Source: Candidatus Bathyarchaeota archaeon
GTDB taxonomy: Archaea > Thermoproteota > Bathyarchaeia > Bathyarchaeales > Bathycorpusculaceae
Direction of reading: 5' to 3'
Length of the DNA: 64,000 nt
Assembly: GCA_963772455.1 (NCBI GenBank)
Contig: CAVYXJ010000007.1
Coordinates: 352,001 to 416,000 of the forward strand
Shown here: positions 20,688 through 31,227 of the stretch, in pieces
How positions within the stretch are numbered: position 1 is the stretch's first letter
How the letters are laid out: each line of letters opens with the position of its first letter
Program-made: the position numbers and the translations under genes
The notes under the pieces: model-generated
What the model saw: only the letters and a program-made list of their open reading frames with translations
Told to the model about the DNA's origin: nothing
The model's database searches: none

Positions 20688-21398
20688 TTAAGCCAGAATT
20701 GTTGCTTTAATTACCGTTACAGGAGTTATTGGTGTGCTATTCTGTTCGTATGCGTTTGAGGTGACTGGTGCTTTGGCTATATCATCAACGACGCTTTGAC
20801 CTGAGGTTACTTTTCCAAAGACTGTGTAGACTGCATCGAATTTAGTGCCTGCTTGGTCGATTGCCATATTCCCGTTGTCGGCAACGTTTATGAAGAATTG
20901 GCTGGTTGCTGAATTGGGGTCGCTTGTTTTCGCCATAGCTATGGTATATGCGACGTTGCGATTGTTACTGCCTATCTCGTCAGCTATTGTTGGAATTGAA
21001 CTGCTGATTGCACCGCCTTGAATCATAAAGCCATCGATTACGCGGTGGAAAACTGTGCCGTCGTACTTTCCTTGTTGAACGAGGTTTATGAAATTAGTTG
21101 TGGTTATGGGTTTATCACTTCGCATCTCAAGAGTTATATTTCCAACGGTGGTTTGGAGCAGAACTTTTGTTGGGTTGACGTACGATGGGTCGCTTGATGG
21201 CGAAGGTGTTTGGGATGATCTAGTTGACGGTGTGGGTGTAGCCGTGGGTGTTGGTAATGTGTTTGGTTGATTTGCTGATTGTCCCCACACAATGTATGCT
21301 CCTATACCGATTAGAATTATTGCTAAGATACCAATTGCAAGGAACAGTGTCTTGTTGGATTTGCGTTTTGAAGTTTTATTTTTTTTATTTGGAGCCAT
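20688..21398 (-). CDS. Membrane-anchored cyclophilin-type PPIase
   Basis: Basic N-terminus plus TM, P/T/S linker, FHRVIDGFMIQGG, SATSQFFIN. Confidence 0.93.
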   Translation of the reverse strand: MAPNKKNKTSKRKSNKTLFLAIGILAIILIGIGAYIVWGQSANQPNTLPTPTATPTPSTRSSQTPSPSSDPSYVNPTKVLLQTTVGNITLEMRSDKPITTTNFINLVQQGKYDGTVFHRVIDGFMIQGGAISSSIPTIADEIGSNNRNVAYTIAMAKTSDPNSATSQFFINVADNGNMAIDQAGTKFDAVYTVFGKVTSGQSVVDDIAKAPVTSNAYEQNSTPITPVTVIKATILA

Positions 21399-21574
21399 GT
21401 CTGAGTAGTAAACGGTTATTCATATAAAATTTTTCTTTTTAGAGCTGAGCAGTGACCTTGTAAAATTTTAGAAGACTATAGTATTTTGTTACTTACCCAG
21501 TATAGCGAGTGTAAATGAGTTAGTTAAAAAAAAATAAGAAAAGAAATAGGGATTTATTTTTGATTTAGTTTGGC

Positions 21575-24163
21575 TTATGGTCTTTTTCTAAGAGTAAGAA
21601 TTCCAACGATTGCAATTGCTATAATTATTGCGACAGCTGCGATTATTATTGTGTTCTGCAGGGATTGAGTTACTGAATCAAATTGTGGCTGGGTATTAGT
21701 TGGTGCTGGTGTTGTTGCTGCTGGGTCAACGCTAAATGATGTTACGGCGTTTGAAGGATAGTATGCTTCAGATCCTGCGAATGATGCGTACACTGTGTAT
21801 TGTCCAGTAATGTCTGGCTTCCAGTTGTATGTGAAGAATCCGTCATTGCTTGTGGTTGTTCCGATGTCGCGGTAATTGCCGTTTGCGTCAACAACGCTTA
21901 GTGTGACTGTGACACCAGTGGTGGTTGGTCTTGGTTGTTGCATGTAGACGTATTCCATCCATGCTGATTGGCTTGCGTCAGAAACAGCTGCAACTCCGTT
22001 GGGGAATCTTGCAACTTGCTCTGCTTGTTTTGAGCCTGCGGAGATGTCTGTGATTGTTCCTTTGATTGTTATCGATGCACCTAGTGGTGCAGCTGTGTCA
22101 GGTGCTGTAACGGTCATTTGGGAGGGTCCTTTTCCGACAGTGTATACTCGTCCATCGTATGCGTTTGCGAATGCCATGTAACCATCTGCTATAGCGACTG
22201 GTGCAATGGATGTTCCTAGTCCTGAAGCAGACCAAGAAGATAGTGTCCAAAGTTCCTGTCCGGTGAAAGCGTCGAGGGCGCGTGCTCTGTAGCCTTTATA
22301 GAGTGGTGTGTTTGGTGAGTGTTCGCCTGACATTGTGTAGATTACGCCGTCTGCGAAGGCTGCTGCGTGTGTTGGATAATTACCCCAGGGTGTTTCGTCT
22401 CCACTGCTTGTGCTGTTTCCAACTCCGCCTTTGCCATATGACCATAGTAGAGTTCCATTAGCCATTGAATAGCAGTAGACGACTCCGCCGTATCCAGTTA
22501 CATAGAGGTTACCGTAAGCTGGGAGTCCTTCCCGTGTGCTGTAGTATTGGAATCCTGGGAAAGTTCCTAGTGGACCCCAACGTAAGTTTCCATCATCTAT
22601 GCTGTAGGCTGATCGTTGGTTAGTTTCGAAATCTGTCATTGTCCAGGCCCGGGTTACTGGGTCTAGGGGTTGTGTTGCTAGCATTCGTGTAATGTTGTTT
22701 GCTGGTGCTGCGTAGTTCTGTTTCCACAGTAATTGTCCTCTGGTTTCTGGTTTGTCGCTTATTGCCCACATTGTCCATGGATTGGAGTTCGGATTAGGTG
22801 TTGAGGTTAATCCAATGTTGCTACTTCGCCCGAGAATAAGATCACCTGGTATTATAGCTACAATTGCAGGAGATGCAGAACCTGTCAGATCTGCATTTAT
22901 GTTTACTGTCCATGAATATGCTTTGGGTACACTGCCGTTTACGATGTTCGATGCGGGATTAGCACTATTTGGAAAACCTGGACCTTCATAAAGTAAATAG
23001 TTGCTTGAAATTGCTGCAGTTTCATTCCAGAGAGCCATTGTTCCAGATTTAGAGGTTGTATTGTAATTGAATATGTAACGCACGATGTTGCCATCATTAG
23101 TATAGACTTCTGTGCCAGTTGGAACGCCTGTTATGTTCATTACTGGTTTCATGTTGAAAGCATTGTAACCAATCCATGTGGTACCTGAAACGACCCACAG
23201 TATTGCTCCAATCACTCCGTGTTGGTTGGGTGTTTGGAAATTGAGCATTTGTGCTTTGGTGGCTGTTATAGTGTCGCTTGACCAAACTGGTTCGCCAGTA
23301 CGGAGATCTACTCCATAGGTGGTTCCGCCTGTTCCAGCCTCACCAAGAGGCGTTTGATAGTAAAGTACTCCACTTACAATCATTGGGTTACCGAATCGAG
23401 TGTTGTATGAGAAGCCTCCGTAATAGGTTAGACCTGATTGTGCATCATCAGTCATCTGCAGAGTGCTTCCGCCAGTCATACCGCCGTATTCAAGGGGTTT
23501 TGTCCACATTATGTGTGGAGTTCTGGGTGCGTCACCGTTCTTTTGCCAAATATCTGATACGGAAGCTCCACCGAGCCAGTTTGATGCGACTGACTCCCAA
23601 GCGTGATTCTGTCCGTTTATCGGTCTTGCCCAATATTCAGAAGGTAATGGATTCTCAGAGCCTTTAGGAACTGGTTCTTGTTGAACTTCTAAGACCATTG
23701 TTGCATGGCTAGGTGTGTAGGTGTCGTTGTTATACGCTGCATATGCGGGATATTTCGTGCCATAATCATAGACTTGTCCAGGGAAGTAAAAGTTTAGAGT
23801 ATAGGTTCCTACTTCTGTTGGAGTAAATTTGGTGTACGCTGACGCTGTTGTGTCAATGACAATTGGCCAGTTTACTGTTTGGTTTGTTCCATCAGGTTTT
23901 GTAATGTCTAATTTGTAATCACGGAACCTGATATCATTGCTGATTAGATTACCTTGAATCGTGTAGTCAATCCATACGTAGATTAGTGCTTGCTGACCTA
24001 CCCCAACAGGGTTAGGGGAGGCACTGATGTATGCATAAGTTGTAAATATCCAGGGGGGTGTATGCGCATTAACTGGTTGTTCAAAGATAACTGATGTTCC
24101 TATAGAGATTGTTAGAAGCAAAGCAATCATAATAGCCATAGTCTTGTTTCTATAATTTTGCAT
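21575..24163 (-). CDS. Secreted, C-terminally anchored PQQ-like beta-propeller surface protein
   Basis: Signal peptide, SPNPVGVGQ Ig-like start, repeated xDxxTGxxxW propeller motifs, Ig-like C-domain, TM plus RKRP tail. Confidence 0.85.
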   Translation of the reverse strand: MQNYRNKTMAIMIALLLTISIGTSVIFEQPVNAHTPPWIFTTYAYISASPNPVGVGQQALIYVWIDYTIQGNLISNDIRFRDYKLDITKPDGTNQTVNWPIVIDTTASAYTKFTPTEVGTYTLNFYFPGQVYDYGTKYPAYAAYNNDTYTPSHATMVLEVQQEPVPKGSENPLPSEYWARPINGQNHAWESVASNWLGGASVSDIWQKNGDAPRTPHIMWTKPLEYGGMTGGSTLQMTDDAQSGLTYYGGFSYNTRFGNPMIVSGVLYYQTPLGEAGTGGTTYGVDLRTGEPVWSSDTITATKAQMLNFQTPNQHGVIGAILWVVSGTTWIGYNAFNMKPVMNITGVPTGTEVYTNDGNIVRYIFNYNTTSKSGTMALWNETAAISSNYLLYEGPGFPNSANPASNIVNGSVPKAYSWTVNINADLTGSASPAIVAIIPGDLILGRSSNIGLTSTPNPNSNPWTMWAISDKPETRGQLLWKQNYAAPANNITRMLATQPLDPVTRAWTMTDFETNQRSAYSIDDGNLRWGPLGTFPGFQYYSTREGLPAYGNLYVTGYGGVVYCYSMANGTLLWSYGKGGVGNSTSSGDETPWGNYPTHAAAFADGVIYTMSGEHSPNTPLYKGYRARALDAFTGQELWTLSSWSASGLGTSIAPVAIADGYMAFANAYDGRVYTVGKGPSQMTVTAPDTAAPLGASITIKGTITDISAGSKQAEQVARFPNGVAAVSDASQSAWMEYVYMQQPRPTTTGVTVTLSVVDANGNYRDIGTTTSNDGFFTYNWKPDITGQYTVYASFAGSEAYYPSNAVTSFSVDPAATTPAPTNTQPQFDSVTQSLQNTIIIAAVAIIIAIAIVGILTLRKRP

Positions 24164-24714
24164 TTTATTTTTTTCTTCCTTTATTTATACACCAGTGAAA
24201 AGATTTTTCTTGTTAATATTTCTTTTCTATAACGGTATTATGCGTCAACATTTTAATAAATATGGAACTTTTGAAAAATGTAACCTACAACACATAGAAT
24301 ATTGTTTTAAATGATAAATAGCATGCAGAATAGAGCTCTTAATGCATACCGACAAATCTCAGTTAGCCCATCGGTAGCAGGTTTGGAATCATATTATCCA
24401 TCCCAAGCAGTGACAGCCATTGCATTTGATGTCGCGCCAACCGCAAATCCTGCTTCAAGAAAACTACGTTGTTCATTCGGTCGGCGCCATAAAAGTTGTA
24501 ATCGCAATAGTCGACTCTAACTAGCAATGTTACTATTGAAGATGTATCCATAAAAAGTCAAATAAAAATTCGCTTTTTATTTTTTTAATTCTGATATTAT
24601 TTCTTCACAATATTTTCCTTATGAGAGTTCGATTTCCGAACGGTTCTTATTTTTAATCGTAAATTAGAAATAACTGTGGTGCCTGATACACTTTAGTTTA
24701 GAGGCTAAATTGTC

Positions 24715-26262
24715 ATGACTGATGTTGTGTTTGTTTTTGAAGTTCACCAGCCACACAGATTGAGACGTAATTTGTTCTGGGAAGGCAAAGTGTTCAAGCG
24801 GCAATCTAAAAATGAATTATTCAACTATTACTTTGACACGGAAGTTGACAGGGAAATCTTCAAGCGTGCCGCACGAAAATGCTATTTTCCCTCAAACCAA
24901 ATCCTCCTTGATGTAATAGACAAGCACAAACATAGCCATAAACCAGCAAAATTTTCCTTTAGCGTCTCAGGTGTTTTTCTCGAACAATGCGAAATGTTCG
25001 ACAAAGATCTGATAGAAAGCTTCAGACAACTCTCAGCAACAGGTTGTGTAGAATTTCTAAACCAAACCTACTACCACTCTATCTCCAGCCTCTATCCAGA
25101 AAAAGAAGAATTCATCGAACAAGCCAAAATGCACAAACAAATTGTCAAAGACCTGTTCGGTTATACAACCCGAGTTTTTGAAAACACAGAGTTACTCTAT
25201 AACAACACAATCGCCAAAACTGTTGAGGACATGGGCTATAAAGGAATCTACACCGAAGGTATAGAGAAGATTCTTGGTGAAAAATCGCCTAATTATATTT
25301 ATTCTCCTAAAGGCGCAAAGAAAATCAAAGTTTTTCTCAGGAACTATAAATTGACTGACGACATTGGCTTTAGGTTTTCATCTAGGTTTTGGCCCGAGTG
25401 GCCATTAACCGCGGACAAGTACTCAAAGTGGTTATCAGAAACCAAAGGTGAATGCATCAGCATTTTCCCTGACTACGAAACCTTTGGCGAACACCACTGG
25501 CCAGAAACAGGCATTCATAGCTTTCTTCAGCACCTTCCGGACGAGATTTTAAAGTTTGACCATTTACAGATGGTTACACCTTCCGAAGTGTTGGATAAGC
25601 ATGTTTCAGCAGGAGAAATCGATGTACCTGAAGCAGGTGGAACCGTTTCTTGGGCTGATATTCAAAGAGATCAATCAGGATGGCTTGGCAATGTTATGCA
25701 ATGGGCGTACTATACGACGCTACGCAGGTTGGAACCGTTCATTAAAGAAGCCGAAGACACTGAGTTTCTAAGGTTATGGCGCGACTTTCAAACCAGCGAC
25801 CACTTGTATTATATGTTCACGGCAGGTGGAGGACCTGGAGAAGTCCATTCATATTTTAGCCCGTACGAGTCGCCTATGGATGCTTTCGTAGCTGCTCAGA
25901 CATTGCTCAATGATTTTGAATGTCGACTAAGACTTTCTATTGTAACAGCCAACGAACCATTTTTGTTCTATACGGGTATTGGAAAAGAGTTTTATACGGA
26001 CACTATGGCTTGGAGCCTAAAAGGCTTCATCAAAGCTCTCAAAGACGTAAACATTAAAGCAATAGAGTTTCATGCTTTTAATGGTGATTTTGAAAGTTGG
26101 GCGCAAAGCTCACTTAAGGACAAGAAATTAGCATCTAAAATAAAAGAACTCACAGCTTCTGGAGAAAAAGGGGAGAAACTTAGAAAATCAATAGTTGAGG
26201 CTGCTACAAAAAGATACATCACCCGAGGTAAGGAGTTGTTGGATGCTACCCAACTTTTCTAA
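24715..26262 (+). CDS. GH57 alpha-amylase with C-terminal DUF5752-like domain
   Basis: FEVHQP, QTYYHS, FENTELLY, DYETFGEH, QTSDHLYYM; C-terminal PFLFY...AIEFH..GDFESW. Confidence 0.92.
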   Translation: MTDVVFVFEVHQPHRLRRNLFWEGKVFKRQSKNELFNYYFDTEVDREIFKRAARKCYFPSNQILLDVIDKHKHSHKPAKFSFSVSGVFLEQCEMFDKDLIESFRQLSATGCVEFLNQTYYHSISSLYPEKEEFIEQAKMHKQIVKDLFGYTTRVFENTELLYNNTIAKTVEDMGYKGIYTEGIEKILGEKSPNYIYSPKGAKKIKVFLRNYKLTDDIGFRFSSRFWPEWPLTADKYSKWLSETKGECISIFPDYETFGEHHWPETGIHSFLQHLPDEILKFDHLQMVTPSEVLDKHVSAGEIDVPEAGGTVSWADIQRDQSGWLGNVMQWAYYTTLRRLEPFIKEAEDTEFLRLWRDFQTSDHLYYMFTAGGGPGEVHSYFSPYESPMDAFVAAQTLLNDFECRLRLSIVTANEPFLFYTGIGKEFYTDTMAWSLKGFIKALKDVNIKAIEFHAFNGDFESWAQSSLKDKKLASKIKELTASGEKGEKLRKSIVEAATKRYITRGKELLDATQLF

Positions 26263-26322
26263 GTCTCGAATGCGTTTATTAGATAAGTTGTCCTAATCTC
26301 CTGTTGGCTTGGGGTATTAGAT

Positions 26323-26574
26323 ATGAGAGACGAGCTTCCATTTCCAGATAAAGTCCTGCAAACACTACATAACTTGTGTGCTACCGCCGCTGATTTGGCA
26401 AGAAGGGGTGAGGATGTAGCACGACTTCTTCAGAAGGACACGAATGAAATTGAGGGCATTTTAGACAAATACAAGTCTGAAGGTTTCGCTGAAAGCTTCT
26501 ATGATAATGAAGGCAAGAAACGGTATTATCTTAATGGACGAGGAATAATTAAGGTCTGCTCGCTTTTCACGTAG
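26323..26574 (+). CDS. Small winged-helix protein
   Basis: 83 aa; helix pattern followed by wing GKKRYYLNGRG; lies inside the GH57-GT4 operon. Confidence 0.65.
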   Translation: MRDELPFPDKVLQTLHNLCATAADLARRGEDVARLLQKDTNEIEGILDKYKSEGFAESFYDNEGKKRYYLNGRGIIKVCSLFT

Positions 26575-26581
26575 TGGAAAT

Positions 26582-27211
26582 ATGCGCGCCATAATTTTTT
26601 CGTGGGAGTATCCGCCTCGAGTAGTAGGGCAACTTTCAGGATACGTCAGCGCTTTATCAACTCAACTTGCTAATAGTAAAGTGGATCTTAATGTTGTAAC
26701 CTATGATGATTCTGCAACTGGTCAAACACAAGAGCCAAGCGGAGTAATGACTTTTAGAGTTGCTAATCCCGTTCGAAACCACATTGGTGTTTTAACATGG
26801 GTTTTAACTTTAAATCAAGAAGTTGAGCGGGCAGCGGCAAATATTTATTATGATTCAAACAAAAAAGTGGATCTCATAGATGTTTTTGATTGGCATTTTA
26901 TCCCAGCGGCAGTCACATTAAAAAACGGGCTTGGAATACCCTTTATTTACTCGGTTGAAAGTTTAGAGGACCACCGTTCACCAAACGCAAATGCATCCTA
27001 CAATATGGCGATAAAAAGCATTGAGTGGTTAGGTTTCTATGAATCGTCAAGAATTGCCGTAAAATCCGAATGGATGAAGGATGAAGTTGCCCGAATTTAT
27101 AACGCGCCCAAAGAAAAGATAACAATCATTTCTACAGATCCGAGTTCTTCAGTTAAAGATTTCTTGAAATTGTATAGCAAAGTGGCGGTGGCAAACAAAT
27201 ATGAAAGATAA
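26582..27211 (+). CDS. GT4-family protein, N-terminal domain only
   Basis: SWEYPPRVVG, FDWH, homologous to the N-half of the next gene; lacks the EPFG C-terminal domain. Confidence 0.8.
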   Translation: MRAIIFSWEYPPRVVGQLSGYVSALSTQLANSKVDLNVVTYDDSATGQTQEPSGVMTFRVANPVRNHIGVLTWVLTLNQEVERAAANIYYDSNKKVDLIDVFDWHFIPAAVTLKNGLGIPFIYSVESLEDHRSPNANASYNMAIKSIEWLGFYESSRIAVKSEWMKDEVARIYNAPKEKITIISTDPSSSVKDFLKLYSKVAVANKYER

Positions 27212-28406
27212 ATTAAGCGTTATGATGCTTAGCTGGGAGTATCCGCCAAGAGTCATTGGAGGCATATCACCACACATTTACTTCTTATCGAAAAACTTGG
27301 TCAAACAAGATGTGAATGTATATGTTATCACCTGCGACTTCCCAGGGGCACCCTCTCACGAAGTAATTGACGGGGTTGAAATTTACAGAATAGATTCCTA
27401 CAAGAACCCATCTCCTGACTTTGCCACATGGGTTTACTTAATGAACATGAACATGCAAAAAGAAACAGCTGCATTAACACGAAAAATTGCTGACAAAATC
27501 GATGTTTTCCACGCTCACGATTGGCTGGTAGCAAATGCAGGCATAGGCTTGAAACATGTTTTTAGAAAACCCCTTTTGGTCACTATGCATTCTACCGAGA
27601 TGGGAAGAAGGGATGGTTTACATAATACAACTGAAAAAATGATTCATGAAACTGAAGCATGGCTGACTTATGAGGCTTGGAAGGTTATTTGCTGTAGCGA
27701 TTATATGATTTCGCATGTGAAATACGCTTTTGGGTTGCCACCGGACAAATTAGTTATGGTTCCAAATGGGGTAAACACTTATTCCTACGAAAACGTTAAT
27801 GTAGATTACAAGAGTTTCCGAAGCAAGTTTGCTTTGCCAGAAGAAAAAATAGTCCTATTTGTAGGGCGACTTGTTTACGAGAAAGGTATCCACGTTTTGA
27901 TTAACGCCGTGCCAAAAATCCTCAGTAAAGTTAACGCTAAATTCATAATCGTTGGCAGCGGTTACATGAAAGAACAGCTTTTAAACATCGTTCGCAGCAT
28001 GGGCTTGGAGCATAAAGTGCTATTTGAAGGATTCATGGATGAGGCAACCCTTCTACAATTGCAAAAATCTGCAGATGTATCCGTTGTGCCGTCGCTCTTT
28101 GAACCCTTTGGAATCGTTGCTTTGGAAGCTATGGCAGCTCAAAGTCCCGTGGTTGCATCTGACACTGGCGGCTTATCAGAAATAATCGAACATGATGTTA
28201 CCGGCGTTAAGGTTTACCCAAATAACCCTGATTCATTGGCTTGGGGCATAACAAAGGTCTTGTTAGACGAACACTACGCTAAAAACCTCAGAGATAACGC
28301 TTACAAGCGAGTCCAAGAAAAATATGATTGGGAAAAGATTGCACAACAAACCAAACGCATCTATGAAGGTGTGTTGGGCGAGTACTCAAAGAGCTTCTGG
28401 GCTTAA
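27201..28406 (+). CDS. GT4 glycosyltransferase (glycogen synthase-like)
   Basis: WEYPPRVIGG, HAHDW, FVGRLVYEKG, PSLFEPFGIVALEAMA. Confidence 0.92.
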   Translation: MKDKLSVMMLSWEYPPRVIGGISPHIYFLSKNLVKQDVNVYVITCDFPGAPSHEVIDGVEIYRIDSYKNPSPDFATWVYLMNMNMQKETAALTRKIADKIDVFHAHDWLVANAGIGLKHVFRKPLLVTMHSTEMGRRDGLHNTTEKMIHETEAWLTYEAWKVICCSDYMISHVKYAFGLPPDKLVMVPNGVNTYSYENVNVDYKSFRSKFALPEEKIVLFVGRLVYEKGIHVLINAVPKILSKVNAKFIIVGSGYMKEQLLNIVRSMGLEHKVLFEGFMDEATLLQLQKSADVSVVPSLFEPFGIVALEAMAAQSPVVASDTGGLSEIIEHDVTGVKVYPNNPDSLAWGITKVLLDEHYAKNLRDNAYKRVQEKYDWEKIAQQTKRIYEGVLGEYSKSFWA

Positions 28407-28422
28407 ATAAACCAAGAGATAG

Positions 28423-29802
28423 CTATTGGGCAATTACCTTAACATTTTCCACCTGAATCCAAGGTGAAATTAACTGTCCCATTTGACGCTCATTTCCTCC
28501 AACTACGCTGATATTCTTTAGCAGTTCAAAGATGTTTCCAGCCAACATAACACCTCTAGAACAATGTGTTATTTTTCCGTCTTTTATTTTCCAAGCAGGA
28601 GTTGCAACAACTGAGAATTCGCCACTGACAGGGTTGCTGCTGTGTGCGCCTTGTAAGTAATAGACAATTAATCCGTCTTCTACTTCGTTTAACATTTCAT
28701 CCGAGGTTTTGCTTCCGGGCATTATGTGAAAGTTTGTGGTGTCTATACCTGGAGTTGAGAGGTAACCAGCTCTTGAAGCGTTACCCGTACTTTTTTTGCC
28801 GTCCTTCTTGGCTGAATAATGGTCATACAAAAAGTTGCGCAGGATACCTTTTTCAATGACAGCAGTTTTCTGGTGTGGAACACCTTCTCCGTCAAAAGCC
28901 CAAGTGCGCAATCCGCCAGCAAACAATCCATCATCGTAAATCGTTAGGTTTTCAGAAGCTACTTTTTCCCCGATTTTATCCTTAAATGGCGATTGCCCCC
29001 GTTGAACACTATCTGCTCTAATGGCATTGATCAATGTATAAGCCAAAAGCTCTTGTAAAGCAAACTGGGTTAGAATTACTTTACCTGATTTGGTTTCAAC
29101 TGACTTTGTTTTAAGTGCTGAAACCGCAAGTTTTGCAGCTTCTTTTCCAACCCAAGATGGATCAAGGTTATAATTTCTGGCGGCGTTGAACTCGAAGCAA
29201 ACTGGAGTAACTGAACTGCCTTCTTTCGCTAGTGTTGCTAAGCTACATTCGATTATTGTTCCTCTATCAAATCCCGTTAGACCGTTTGAATTGGCGAGGG
29301 CGTTAGAAAGGTAAGCGCTACCTATTCCGCCTTCGATTGGAAAAATTCGTTTGTCTACTTGTCCAGCTGAATCCAGCATGGTTGAAGCTACATTAACTAG
29401 CTCTTCTGAGCTGAGTTCAACGATTTTTTTGTCAAAAGTATTTTCGGTTATTGGATAATGTTGTTTTTGGGGTAGTCCATTCCAGTCTGGGTCTGGTTTG
29501 CTTGCTCTTGCCGCACTTAATGCACTGGTAACAGCTTTCTCAATAGCGTTTGGATCTTCTAAGATGTTGGTGTAGGCAAACCCTATTGCTTTGTTGGCGG
29601 CTACTCTTATTCCTAAGCCTCGATCAATAATTCGATTGGTTTTGCTGATTTGCCCCAGTTCTATACCTATGTTTGATGCTTGTCCTTCGTATACGTAGGC
29701 TTCCGCATCTTGGGCACCTTTAATGAGAGCTGCCTTAACCGCGTTCTCGGCTATACTAATCATTGTGTTCTTTTCAAGCACTGCCACCGACAACCACCTC
29801 AC
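28423..29802 (-). CDS. tldE: TldE/PmbA family protein
   Basis: [33 protein letters not shown]; no HExxxH; likely start GTG at 29781. Confidence 0.9.
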   Translation of the reverse strand: MRWLSVAVLEKNTMISIAENAVKAALIKGAQDAEAYVYEGQASNIGIELGQISKTNRIIDRGLGIRVAANKAIGFAYTNILEDPNAIEKAVTSALSAARASKPDPDWNGLPQKQHYPITENTFDKKIVELSSEELVNVASTMLDSAGQVDKRIFPIEGGIGSAYLSNALANSNGLTGFDRGTIIECSLATLAKEGSSVTPVCFEFNAARNYNLDPSWVGKEAAKLAVSALKTKSVETKSGKVILTQFALQELLAYTLINAIRADSVQRGQSPFKDKIGEKVASENLTIYDDGLFAGGLRTWAFDGEGVPHQKTAVIEKGILRNFLYDHYSAKKDGKKSTGNASRAGYLSTPGIDTTNFHIMPGSKTSDEMLNEVEDGLIVYYLQGAHSSNPVSGEFSVVATPAWKIKDGKITHCSRGVMLAGNIFELLKNISVVGGNERQMGQLISPWIQVENVKVIAQ

Positions 29803-31159
29803 TTAGTTTAATGTGCGGGCCACCATCGCTAATAAAAGCTGTTTGACCCTTTCCACATCGACCGGGATCTAACATGAAATCTTTTCCCACGCCTTCCACC
29901 TTATGCAATGTTTCCAGTGTGTTGCCGCTTATTGAAGCGTTGCGAACAGGTGCACCTATTTCACCTTTTACAATTTCATAGCCTTCTTGGATGCCGACCT
30001 GGAAGGTGCCATCAAGATTCGCTTGTCCCCCTCTAAAACTCTTAAAGTAATAACCCAATTTTACATCTTGAATTAATTCTTCGAAAGATTTGTCTTTTGG
30101 CGCCATATAGGTGCAGCGCATACGGATGATTGGTTCCACGCGAAAGTCTTCTGCACGTGCGTTTCCAGTGGGTTCAGTGTTGAATTTCTGTGCTGTCTCA
30201 CGATTATGCATCAAGCCCGTTACGACACCGTCTTTGATGAGCAGTGTTTTGTGAGATGGAACACCCTCGTCGTCGTATTTGAATGCACCAAAAGCACCTT
30301 CAATCGTGCCATCATCGTAGAAAGTTACCAAATCAGAGCCAATTTTTTTCCCAAGATTACTGGCTAAAACGCCACCTGAAAGAGCTAAATCCGCCTCAGC
30401 TAAATGCCCAAATGCTTCATGCACAAATACCCCGACCACGTTAGGACCCAAAACTACTGGGAACTTTCCTCCTTTTGGAGATTTAGCTTTCAACTGTTCG
30501 ATTGCAAGTTTTGCAACTTTTGTACCCAAAACTTCAGGATCTTGTTGGTCGAACAATTCATAACCATTTGTGGAGCCGATTTCTTCGCGACCAAAGGTGA
30601 AGACGCCCTCACTCATTGCTGAAGCGGTTATTCTTGCCCAAACATACAGTTTATCCTGCTCAATACTTGTTCCTTCACTATTAACAAAATTACTAGTTCC
30701 CGTCAAATCGAAATAATCCACGGTGCAACTTTTAATTCGCTTGTCTAGACCCAAACTTGCCTTGTTCACCGCGAGAGTAGTTTTTATTTTGTCTTCCATT
30801 TGAATGTCTGCTGGATTCTTCTTTGGTTTAGATAAAACTCTATCAGAAACAACTTTTGTAACTGCGAGTTTAATTGGCGTTTTTAACCGAGCGCTTGCCA
30901 ATTTGGCCATTCTGCAAGCATCAGAAACAGCACTCTCCAAAATTGCGTTATCAAATGATCCTACTGAAGCAAATCCCCAAGCACCATTTACTAGAACGCG
31001 GACGGCAACGCCATTTTCGATTCCCTGTTTTGCTGCTTCTACTCGTTCCTCTTTTAGGGTGAGACTGGTTTTGTACAGTTTTTGGGCGCGTGCTTCAGCG
31101 TATTTGGCTCCATATTTTTGGATAGCACTATTGTTGATTTTTGTTAGAAGGTCTTTCAA
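29774..31159 (-). CDS. tldD: TldD family metalloprotease
   Basis: [28 protein letters not shown]. Confidence 0.93.
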   Translation of the reverse strand: MKDLLTKINNSAIQKYGAKYAEARAQKLYKTSLTLKEERVEAAKQGIENGVAVRVLVNGAWGFASVGSFDNAILESAVSDACRMAKLASARLKTPIKLAVTKVVSDRVLSKPKKNPADIQMEDKIKTTLAVNKASLGLDKRIKSCTVDYFDLTGTSNFVNSEGTSIEQDKLYVWARITASAMSEGVFTFGREEIGSTNGYELFDQQDPEVLGTKVAKLAIEQLKAKSPKGGKFPVVLGPNVVGVFVHEAFGHLAEADLALSGGVLASNLGKKIGSDLVTFYDDGTIEGAFGAFKYDDEGVPSHKTLLIKDGVVTGLMHNRETAQKFNTEPTGNARAEDFRVEPIIRMRCTYMAPKDKSFEELIQDVKLGYYFKSFRGGQANLDGTFQVGIQEGYEIVKGEIGAPVRNASISGNTLETLHKVEGVGKDFMLDPGRCGKGQTAFISDGGPHIKLSEVVVGGSA

Positions 31160-31227
31160 TGTGATCGTTCCCTATTTAGTTAAAATTGTTTGGAGAATTA
31201 AATTGTTTGGTCTTGTTTTAATAATGT

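Noticed and set aside
21180-21260. P/T/S low-complexity repeats (also near 16300 and 170-210)
   Set aside because: Ordinary protein linkers, not DNA repeat elements.
24311-24551. Overlapping short ORFs or possible gene remnant between the propeller gene and GH57
   Set aside because: Slightly GC-richer and coding-like, but interrupted and not assignable to a family; no stable RNA structure evident.
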